From NCBI GenBank assembly GCA_963818475.1, contig CAWFSF010000006.1:1152001-1216000 (forward strand): a stretch of 64,000 nucleotides of DNA, given 5' to 3'. Positions within the stretch are counted from its first letter, which is position 1, and each line of letters begins with the position of its first letter. The DNA is from Nitrospirota bacterium. Lineage in GTDB: Bacteria > Nitrospirota > UBA9217. This document shows, in pieces, positions 8,537-16,196 of the stretch. Made by a program: the position numbers and the translations under genes. Below the pieces are notes generated by a model, which saw only the letters and a list, made by a program, of their open reading frames with translations, was not told where the DNA came from and searched no databases.

Positions 8537-10240
8537 TCAGATCTTCCAGACTTTCTCGTACGCCTCAACCGCAAGTGCCTGGGTCCTCTTCGCAATATCT
8601 GTGGCTGTCCAGTCCGCGGCGCCATCAATGGAAGTCTGCAAAGGAAAATGCGCGGCCCGCAGGATACGCTTCTTCTCCTTGAAAGGCTTGTTACCAAGCT
8701 TTGAGTTCATGTCCACTGATACAAGAATCAAATTCCCGAGTTGGCCGATGATCTCTTCTGTAAAATTGCCCGTACCGATAGCGCTTTGGGGAACCAAGTG
8801 TTCGATGGTCATTGCATCGTAGTCAGTCGTTACTGCGGTTTTCTTGGCCTTGTCAAAACAGACTAGTATGTACTTCACCAGACTGCGTTGCTTGGTAATC
8901 TCGTCGGTGTATAAGATCTGCGGGAACAGAGCCTTGACCTCTTCGAGAGACGGTACGCGTTTACGCAACTTTTCCTTTAGTTCCTTAAGCACTACCAGCG
9001 CACTGTCCTGATTGTGAGACTCAAACAGTCGGCGGCCAAGCGAAGCGTACATTTCAGAGATACCGCCGGACGATCGTTGCGATGTGACAGCCGTGAAGAG
9101 AAAATGAAATTTCTCAATCGCCACTAGCGCATCTTCAAGGTGCCGCATCTTGATTGTCTTTCCACGGTAAGATCGCAGGAGCGAGAGCACGCACGGTGTC
9201 TGCTGTTGAACTCTGAACAACTGCAGAGCCCCGAGAGCCTCGGGCACGCGCCGCTCCTGCTTTGACCATTTCCCGAAAGTGATCTCGTGAATCATCCGGT
9301 AGAGGGTGGCGTCCGTTACAAGTGAGTCAAGAAAAGCCTTAGCTTCCGTTTTGGTAATCCGACGCTTTAGCGCCTTGAACAAAGTTTTGGCCGAGAGGTA
9401 ATCATAACGCGAAAGCCAGAAATGGTGGATGAACGCATCTGTCTCTAAATCGCAGGCTGCAGCCTCAATCGTTTCGAGCATTCGGCGCCACTTCACCTTT
9501 ACCGGGTCGATGGACGCGCTCTTGCTCTTGAGGTGTTTGTTGACATGATTCTTGACTAGGTCCGTTAGGCTCAAATCCTTACCGCGCGTGTTTAGTGTCT
9601 CGAAAATGATGTAAGCATCATCCTCATCGTCAAGTTTGACAAATATCACCTTCAGATTAAGCACGGCGTCGCGGATGTCGGTCAGTCGTAGTTGTATTAA
9701 TTTCTTCTTCTTGTCATCCGATAGGCTGGCATCGCTTTCCAGACTCTCGCTCACGCCATCAATGAGTTTAGTAAGTTGTGTGAATGCATCTTGTAGGTTC
9801 TGCTCTTCCGAAAGAGGGTTCACCGGCACTTCGGGGGCACCCCACTTAAGGATGTGGTCTTGGAAGAATGGATAAGATGTTTCCGTTGAGAGAATGAATT
9901 CAGGTTTATTGTCGATATTCTTGCGCTCTATTAATCCATGGATTCCTTGCGCCAGATCGTTGAGCCCATGTTTTGCGAGGGCGTTCCGGAGAACGGCGAG
10001 CAGAAGCGTGACGGTTGTCAGTCGCTGCTGTCCGTCTACAATGCCAAAGCGCTGCTTGCCATCTTTGAAAACCACCATTGAGCCGATGAAGTAGTCCAGT
10101 GGTCTGTCCTTGATGACATCGTCCCAGAACTCCTGAACATTATCACGAATCCAAGAATATGGCCGCTGGAACCTCGGAATGCGATAGTAGCCTGACGATA
10201 AGAGCGTCCTTAAATCTTGATCGGTCGATTCAATCTTCAC
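8537..10240 (-). CDS. DUF262 + DUF1524 (HNH) protein, GmrSD-like modification-dependent restriction endonuclease
   Basis: IPRFQRPYSW, DGQQRLTT, IFETLNTRG (DUF262); TIEHLVPQ...LGNLILV...NSKLGNK (HNH-like). Confidence 0.88.
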   Translation of the reverse strand: MKIESTDQDLRTLLSSGYYRIPRFQRPYSWIRDNVQEFWDDVIKDRPLDYFIGSMVVFKDGKQRFGIVDGQQRLTTVTLLLAVLRNALAKHGLNDLAQGIHGLIERKNIDNKPEFILSTETSYPFFQDHILKWGAPEVPVNPLSEEQNLQDAFTQLTKLIDGVSESLESDASLSDDKKKKLIQLRLTDIRDAVLNLKVIFVKLDDEDDAYIIFETLNTRGKDLSLTDLVKNHVNKHLKSKSASIDPVKVKWRRMLETIEAAACDLETDAFIHHFWLSRYDYLSAKTLFKALKRRITKTEAKAFLDSLVTDATLYRMIHEITFGKWSKQERRVPEALGALQLFRVQQQTPCVLSLLRSYRGKTIKMRHLEDALVAIEKFHFLFTAVTSQRSSGGISEMYASLGRRLFESHNQDSALVVLKELKEKLRKRVPSLEEVKALFPQILYTDEITKQRSLVKYILVCFDKAKKTAVTTDYDAMTIEHLVPQSAIGTGNFTEEIIGQLGNLILVSVDMNSKLGNKPFKEKKRILRAAHFPLQTSIDGAADWTATDIAKRTQALAVEAYEKVWKI

Positions 10241-10274
10241 TTCAGTCCTCCATCTTCGTACAGGGTGTACGTTT

Positions 10275-10337
10275 CGCTAATATTGACAAGCTGAAACGCG
10301 CATGCGTAGCGAATCTCTGTCGAGCTTTTTGTTAGAA
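10275..10337 (-). other. Degenerate attC-like site (~63 bp)
   Basis: TTCTAAC-AAAAA-GCTCGACA ... TTTCAGC; R' eroded (ATTAGCG). Confidence 0.55.
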
Positions 10338-10341
10338 TCAA

Positions 10342-10998
10342 CTAGCTACGGCGACCCTTCCAGAGAGGTAGATTGATCAGGCCAAACAACGTGCCTTTGC
10401 TTGAAAGAATACCGCGGCAAGTAAGCTCAATATCAGCTATCAGTGCATCAACTCTTTCTTGAATAGGGTCTGGGTCTTCGCCCTCCCAAAGGATACTCTG
10501 AAGTTCACGAAATTTATTATGATAAGTTTCCTCATCTTCCTCGGCTCTAAGATAGCTGTCTTTGCGACGCCAAAAGCGCCGAGAGGCAAGGAATATTTCG
10601 TTTATGACTTTACTCAAGTCATCAAATGGTTTACTTTCCGTGGTGCCGATCTGTGCCATGAATCGGTAGCGTAAGGCGTGTATCCGGCTGAAAAGTTCAA
10701 GGTGCTTGTTGTAGCGCTCTACGACAACATAAGCTTGGTCTAATGCCTCCTTATCCTCGGGCGACTCATTAGAATCCGCTTTCCGCGTGGTACCTTCGCC
10801 TCCAAATCCGAAGGGACTACGCATAGCATGAATCACGTCTCGGGCTTGATAGAAGAGCGCAAGAACTTCCTCTGCCAGCTCCATACGGCGCTTTCCGACG
10901 TGCTCACGACGCCATGCGTCAATCCCGAAGATCGCGGCAAGTGATGCTATCGTGACGGAAGCGTTCTGTATTACGGATGTCCAGTCGCAGGTTTGCAT
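10342..10998 (-). CDS. Cassette-borne hypothetical protein, N-terminal membrane anchor and helical body
   Basis: 218-aa ORF; hydrophobic ASVTIASLAAIFGI followed by WRREHVGKRR. Confidence 0.75.
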   Translation of the reverse strand: MQTCDWTSVIQNASVTIASLAAIFGIDAWRREHVGKRRMELAEEVLALFYQARDVIHAMRSPFGFGGEGTTRKADSNESPEDKEALDQAYVVVERYNKHLELFSRIHALRYRFMAQIGTTESKPFDDLSKVINEIFLASRRFWRRKDSYLRAEEDEETYHNKFRELQSILWEGEDPDPIQERVDALIADIELTCRGILSSKGTLFGLINLPLWKGRRS

Positions 10999-11038
10999 AG
11001 TAGTTAACCAGGTGCTTACCAGTTAAGGGGTGGCTCCG

Positions 11039-11085
11039 GGGTCGGGTCTTGAAAAAGCAGTTTCTTATATCTCAAGACCTGACCC
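11039..11085. repeat. REP-like palindrome (GGGTCRGGTCTTGA-N19-TCAAGACCTGACCC)
   Basis: 14-bp arms with 1 mismatch; overlaps the stop codon of the 11072..11551 gene. Confidence 0.75.
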
Positions 11086-11551
11086 GATTTCGTCGACCGA
11101 ATAAATCATTGTAAAGAGAGCTTATGTCTCCTTTTGCCTTGAAGTCGGAAAGACTGATCCTGCATTTTTTGTCGTCTTGTCGGCCCTTAATTGGCGACTG
11201 AGAAATGATTGATGTGCGTTTTTTATTGTCCATTGTTCGGTATGAAAGTGAAATTGAATCTGCACTATAATGAATGAGAAGAAGAACTACTGTTCCGTTG
11301 GGGTTGTTGATGAGGGTTCTATGTACATCCCAATGAGAACATTTTCCCTCATATATACGCGCCTTAAGCTGAACATATTTAATTGAATCATCCACTTTAA
11401 GAATTACATCGTATCCAAAGGTGTCATGTTCCAGTCGCGCGATCTGCAATTCTTTTCCATTGGAGGCGGCATGTAATGCCAAGTCCCCAAGCATTCTATA
11501 CTCAGCGATGAGTTCGCGAAGTTTTGAGTTCGATTCGAGAATACTTTTCAT
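11072..11551 (-). CDS. Cassette-borne putative PD-(D/E)XK restriction-endonuclease-fold protein
   Basis: ELIAE...DTFGYDVIL...YVQLK pattern (E, D, QxK); AGAGG RBS before ATG 11551. Confidence 0.65.
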   Translation of the reverse strand: MKSILESNSKLRELIAEYRMLGDLALHAASNGKELQIARLEHDTFGYDVILKVDDSIKYVQLKARIYEGKCSHWDVHRTLINNPNGTVVLLLIHYSADSISLSYRTMDNKKRTSIISQSPIKGRQDDKKCRISLSDFKAKGDISSLYNDLFGRRNRVRS

Positions 11552-11569
11552 GCTGAACCTCTGTGTGTT

Positions 11570-11628
11570 GCCTAACATGCTGGTCGCACCGTCTTTTTAG
11601 CGCGTCGCCGTGGACCGGCAGGTTAGTA
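11570..11628 (-). other. attC site (59 bp) at head of array
   Basis: TACTAAC-CTGCC-GGTCCACG...TGCGACC-AGCAT-GTTAGGC; R' is a perfect GTTRRRY. Confidence 0.7.
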
Positions 11629-11662
11629 GTCACATGCCCCAACAAGGTGTCGGGCCGAAAAT

Positions 11663-11691
11663 ACAGTAGCATGGATTGTAGAGGTGGTCAA
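11663..11691 (-). promoter_or_regulatory. Promoter reading into the cassette array (TTGACC-N17-TACTGT, extended TG)
   Basis: Located about 30 bp after the fabG stop and about 20 bp before the first GTT core (11643). Confidence 0.6.
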
Positions 11692-11721
11692 TGCATTTAC
11701 GCTAGAAAGGTTGCCCTGTGC

Positions 11722-12463
11722 CTAAAGCACCCTGCTGTCCAGATTGAACACCTGCCCGGACACATTGCGCATGAGCGAAAGGTGGTAGATAAAATCAGCG
11801 GTTTCTTGCGGGTCTGAAAATCTTGCCAAAGCGTGTTCACGAAGAATGCGGTCCTGTATCGATCCGGATATCGCCTTGCCCATATCAGTCGGAAGATAGC
11901 CCGGCAGAACAACGTTCACCTTGATGTTCTGAGCGCCCAATTCTTTTGCGCACGACTTGGTCAGGCCGATAAGTCCTGCCTTGGATGCGGAGTAATTCGC
12001 CTGCCCTTCCCTGCCTTGCAGCCCGACAATGGACGCAATATTAATGATATGACCGCCTGTTCGCCCATCCATGTGCCGCGCCACGCCACGGATACAATGA
12101 AACGCTCCGCTGAGGTTCGTATCGATCACCTGGTCCCACTGTTCCTCCGACATGCGAAGCAGCAGGTTGTCCTGTGTCAGGCCTGCATTATTCACCAGCA
12201 CATCAATGGTTCCCCACTGCTTGAGCGCCTGATCCACCATGTTCTGTACGTCATGAGAGACCCGCACGTCCGCTTTGAAGCTGAGTGGCATCACCGCCGG
12301 CTGATCTGACCGCATCGACGGTCGCACGGGCTGCCTGCTCGTTCTCGCGAAAAACAACCATGACGCGGCAGCCTGCCTTGCCGAATGTTGTCGCGATGAC
12401 CTTCCCGAGTCCGCGGGATGCGCCGGTAACAATGACGACCCGATTATCAACTGACGGGTTCAT
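11722..12463 (-). CDS. fabG: 3-oxoacyl-ACP reductase (FabG-like SDR), one frameshift near 12280
   Basis: VTGASRGLG (ORF 12251..12463) plus NNAG, YSASK, VNVVLPG (ORF 11722..12450). Confidence 0.85.
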
Positions 12464-13623
12464 CCTGCATACCCTTTCTGCTTCAGCGCGCCAAAGGCAG
12501 CCAAAGCAGCATCTATGTCCGCAAAGGAATGCGCGGCAGTAACGGTCGTCCTGATCCGGGACGTGCCTTCCGCTACGGTCGGCGGTCGTATGGCTGATGC
12601 GAACACTCCGGACTCAAGAAGCAGCAAAGAAGCCTGCGTTGCTTTCTCAGAGCTTCCGATCATGACCGGAATGATCGGCGTTTCCGATTCACTGGTGTCA
12701 ATACCCAGGGTTTTCAATCCCTGCACGAACCGGTCACGGTTCAGCCAGAGCTTCTTTCTGCGCTCCGGTTCCTGCTCAACAATATCGAGGGCCGCCAGTG
12801 ATGCGGCACAGATCGCGGGAGGCAGGGCAGTGCTGAAGATAAAGCTCCGTGCGCTGTTCAGGAGAAATTCGATAAGATGCTTGTCTCCGGCTACATAGGC
12901 CCCAAAAGAGCCGAAGGCCTTGCCGAGCGTGCCCATCTGGATCGCTACGCGGCCTGTAAGGCCGAAATGCTCTGCTGTTCCCTTTCCCCCTGCTCCCAGC
13001 ACGCCCGCGGCATGGGCGTCGTCAACCATGAGCATTGCGTCATAGCGCTCTGGCAAGGGACGACCAGTTCCGGCAGCGGAGCGATGTCGCCGTCCATGCT
13101 GAAAACGCCGTCAGTCACGATCAGCCTGCGGCGGGCATGAGCGGTCTTCTTTAAGATATCTTCGACATGGTTCACATCCCTATGGCGGTAGACATAGACC
13201 TGTGCTTTGCTCAAACGGCATCCATCGATGATGCTGGCATGGTTCAGGCTGTCGCTCAGGATCACGTCGTCTGTCGTCGCCACAGCGGGAATGATGCCTG
13301 TGTTCGCGGCATACCCGGAATTGAACAGGAGCGCGGCTTCCGTTCCCTTGAACTCGGCCAGCCGTTCTTCCAGCCGGCAATGGAGCGACTCCTGTGCCGG
13401 AAACAAGGCGTGAAGCGCCTGATCCAAAACCGTATTGCTCCATGGCAGCGCAGGCAGCTTTCCGCAATGCCGGGTGATTGGCAAGGCCGAGATAGTCGTT
13501 CGAGCACATGAGTATGACGCGCTGGCCATTGATCATGACATGCGCGCCATCATCGGGTCCGGCGATCACCAGCCGCCTGCGAAGACCATGCTGATCGATG
13601 TACGAAAGCTCTTGTTCAAACAT
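12460..13623 (-). CDS. bioF: 8-amino-7-oxononanoate synthase, two frameshifts
   Basis: [56 protein letters not shown] across three ORFs. Confidence 0.93.
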
Positions 13624-13637
13624 GCCTGTTCATCCTT

Positions 13638-13817
13638 AAAAAAGCACTTGGACACGGATTAACACGGATAAGAGCCGGATAACGGCGGATTATTTCTTTT
13701 ATAAGAGGTTCACCCAATAGGTGAATGCTTTGCTTTAGAATTTATCCGCGGTCGCTTAGAAGCGCCTACTTCTGGTAATCAGATGTTTCCGATTCTTCCG
13801 TGTCCAAATGCCGTTTT
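13638..13817. repeat. Fold-back element of ~10-bp ACACGGAT-type units, copy B1
   Basis: TTGGACACGGATTAACACGGATAAGAGCCGGATAACGGCGGAT ... TTTCCGATTCTTCCGTGTCCAAATGC; overlaps bioW 3' end. Confidence 0.85.
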
Positions 13818-14642
13818 TTGGTTCCTACCCGTGCGAACGAAAAGCTCCGGTGTCATGGCCGCGGAACACACGCCGACCCGGTCGATCATCACGCTCGTTT
13901 TTTCAAGATAGTGGATCAGGCTGTCCAGGTCGCGTCGCTCATGGTTCACAAAAAAGGCCCGTCCTCCATGCCTGTCGCCCTCTTGTTTCAAGAAAGGAAA
14001 GCGGACATAGCCGAAGTCCCGTGCAGCTATGTATCCGGCCGTGTAATCGGATTCGTCGGACCAGCAGAGCTCCGCCATCATTCCGGGCCCATGGGCCACC
14101 TTGGTAGCAAGGGCCAGGGCTTCGCGCGTCCGATGGTGCACAAGACCGACAGCGGCAAGCAGGCGGGTGATCTCGTCGAGCGCCGGGTCCGTCCAGTCGA
14201 AGCGCGATGCGCGGATGCCCCGCTCCTGGTCCGGTTCAAGGCGCTCGCCGGTGACAGCATCCATGATCATGGCGCCGCGCATGTTGGCACCCGAAGGCGC
14301 GGCGCCTCTACCGATCTGCTCCATGGCAATCCGGATCGCCAGGCTAGAGACTCCGACGGTCTCAAGGATGCGTGCAGCGGTTTCCCTGCTGCTTACGGGG
14401 TCTGGAACCTGGAGGGTGTAGAGATCGAGGCTGGCATGTTTCTGGATCAAGGCCGGATCGATTGCATCAATGGATAGGGTGGTCTGGTCCGGCCGCACTC
14501 CCCGATCCATGGCGCGTGCGATCAGCTCCCCGACCGTCCGGTCGATCCGGTCTTCCGGCACGATCCGTTCGGCGCCGCAGGCGTGGTGGTTGTTCTTCGT
14601 GGCGCGCATGCGAATGCTGTAGAGTTTTCCTTGCTTTATCAT
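13779..14642 (-). CDS. bioW: 6-carboxyhexanoate--CoA ligase (pimeloyl-CoA synthetase)
   Basis: YSIRMRA...GAERIV, MRGAMIMD...RLEPDQERGIRAS, REALALATKV, ELCWSD..DYTAGY, GGRAFFV; lies in bio operon. Confidence 0.9.
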   Translation of the reverse strand: MIKQGKLYSIRMRATKNNHHACGAERIVPEDRIDRTVGELIARAMDRGVRPDQTTLSIDAIDPALIQKHASLDLYTLQVPDPVSSRETAARILETVGVSSLAIRIAMEQIGRGAAPSGANMRGAMIMDAVTGERLEPDQERGIRASRFDWTDPALDEITRLLAAVGLVHHRTREALALATKVAHGPGMMAELCWSDESDYTAGYIAARDFGYVRFPFLKQEGDRHGGRAFFVNHERRDLDSLIHYLEKTSVMIDRVGVCSAAMTPELFVRTGRNQKTAFGHGRIGNI

Positions 14643-14696
14643 GGTAAGAGAGTGCCGTGTTCTCAAAATGCAACGAATGAAAGCTATGGAAAATCA

Positions 14697-15024
14697 TTTG
14701 TACACGGAAGAAGCGGATTAACCTCAAAAAAGCATTTGGACACGGATAAACACGGATAAGAGCCGGATAACAGCAGATTATTTCTTTTATAAGTCGTTCA
14801 CCCAATAACTGAACCTACAAACGCAGTTGGCCGCAGATTTAGCAGATTTACGCAGATAAAATCAGGCATTCAGGATTAAAGAAGTTTCACCCCAGGGGTG
14901 AGTCTTTTATCGTGTTATGTAAGTTTTTATCCGCGTTTATCCGATTTTTCCGTGTCCAAATACCGTTTTCAGGCTGGTAACTGTCCGCCGTTATCCGTCT
15001 TTTATCCGATTTGATCCGTGTCAA
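14697..15024. repeat. Compound or nested fold-back elements (ACACGGAT- and CGCAGATTT-type units), copy B2
   Basis: 14726-14807 matches 13638-13719 at 76/82 positions; inverted arms at ~14926-14968 and ~14982-15024; internal CGCAGATTT repeats at 14821-14858. Confidence 0.85.
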
Positions 15025-15062
15025 AGATATGGATCCGATCCTGATTGATTCAAGTTTGCCCA

Positions 15063-16046
15063 TCAATGACGCAGCCCGAGGTCCTGTATCATCTTGAGAT
15101 CGTCGGCCGGATCCAGGCCGATCGTGGTGAGGTAATTGCCGATCAGGAAACCGTCTGCGCCTGCCATGAAGATGAGCGGATGGAGCGAACCCAGCGCAGC
15201 ACCCCTGCCGGCGCAGATGCGGATCTGTTTTGCAGGCAGCAGCAGCCTGAACAGGGCGATGGAAATGAGCGCCTCAAGCGGCGTAATGGCGGTTACCTTC
15301 TCAAGCGGCGTGCCCATGATCGGCATGAGGAAGTTGAGCGGTACAGAGTCAACATCAGCCTCCCGGAGCGCGAGGGCCATCCTGATCCGGTCCTCCATGG
15401 ATTCTCCCATGCCGAGAATGCCGCCGCTGCAGAGGGACAGGCCCAGGGCGCGCCCCTGCTGCAGGAGCTTGATCCGTTCGTCGAAAGAATGGCTGGTGCA
15501 GATGTTCGGAAAGAACTCGCGCGAGGTCTCGATATTGTGGTGGTAGCGGTGCAGACCGGCGCTCTTCAGATAGGCAAGCTGCTGCTGCGAAAGCGTGCCG
15601 AGCGTGGCGCAGGGAGAAAGGCCGGCATCACGCACGCGCCCAATCCCCTGCGCGATGTTCTCAAGGTCCTCGTCCGTGTCGATGCCGCGACCGCTCGTGA
15701 CGATGCAGAAACGCTTGGCGCCGTTCTTTTTGGCGCTCTCGGCAGCTTTGCCCATCTGATCGACGGAGATGAGCGGATAGACCGGAGCACCCGTGGAATG
15801 GTGCGACGACTGGGCACAGAAAGAACAATTCTCGCTGCAGGCTCCGGACTTAGCGTTCACAATGGAGCAGATGTCCACGTTGTTGCCGTGAAAGCGTTCG
15901 CGCACCCGGGTGGCTGTTGCGAACAGGTCCATGAGGTCGGCCCCTGAAGCATGGGAGAGCGCTACCGCGTCTTGATGATCAACAGCGCCGGCCTGCAGTG
16001 CCAGAGCTCCGGCACGGGCCAGGGTTTCTTTGAAGGAAGATTCCAT
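15063..16046 (-). CDS. bioB: Biotin synthase (radical SAM)
   Basis: NAKSGACSENCSFCAQS (CxxxCxxC), YHHNIETS, CSGGILGMGE, VPLNFL, GNYLTT. Confidence 0.97.
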   Translation of the reverse strand: MESSFKETLARAGALALQAGAVDHQDAVALSHASGADLMDLFATATRVRERFHGNNVDICSIVNAKSGACSENCSFCAQSSHHSTGAPVYPLISVDQMGKAAESAKKNGAKRFCIVTSGRGIDTDEDLENIAQGIGRVRDAGLSPCATLGTLSQQQLAYLKSAGLHRYHHNIETSREFFPNICTSHSFDERIKLLQQGRALGLSLCSGGILGMGESMEDRIRMALALREADVDSVPLNFLMPIMGTPLEKVTAITPLEALISIALFRLLLPAKQIRICAGRGAALGSLHPLIFMAGADGFLIGNYLTTIGLDPADDLKMIQDLGLRH

Positions 16047-16052
16047 GGAAGG

Positions 16053-16108
16053 GTTTTACCTGAAGGAAAGGCTATTGTCAACTAAATTGTAGGCACATGG
16101 TTGACAAT
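16053..16108 (-). promoter_or_regulatory. bio operon promoter (TTGACA-N17-TAAAAC) overlapped by BirA-type operator ATTGTCAAC-N17-GTTGACAAT
   Basis: Perfect 9-bp inverted arms at 16074-16082 and 16100-16108, directly upstream of bioB. Confidence 0.8.
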
Positions 16109-16139
16109 CGCAAACGGTACCGCAGATCGTCAGGCGATC

Positions 16140-16195
16140 AGGCTGACGGCTGAAGGTAAAGTAAATTCACCCTTCCACCTTCAGCCTTCTGCCTA
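16140..16195. repeat. Short fold-back of 7-bp units (GGCTGAA / CCTTCAG)
   Basis: AGGCTGACGGCTGAAGG ... CCTTCCACCTTCAGCCTTCTGCCT. Confidence 0.65.
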
Positions 16196-16196
16196 T

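Larger units (their letters stand above)
7905..11643 (-). mobile_element. Integron gene-cassette array lacking an adjacent integrase (CALIN), inserted between fabG and bioD
   Basis: Four co-oriented unrelated ORFs, mostly lower in GC, separated by attC-like sites (AAC...GTT cores, internal dyad); no tyrosine recombinase in window. Confidence 0.8.

Noticed and set aside
7956-11551. Prophage remnant or classical restriction-modification operon
   Set aside because: No phage, integrase or methyltransferase genes; attC-like junctions explain the layout better.
13638-14807. Possible CRISPR array or IS ends
   Set aside because: Only two long direct repeats about 1.1 kb apart, no regular spacers, no cas or transposase genes.
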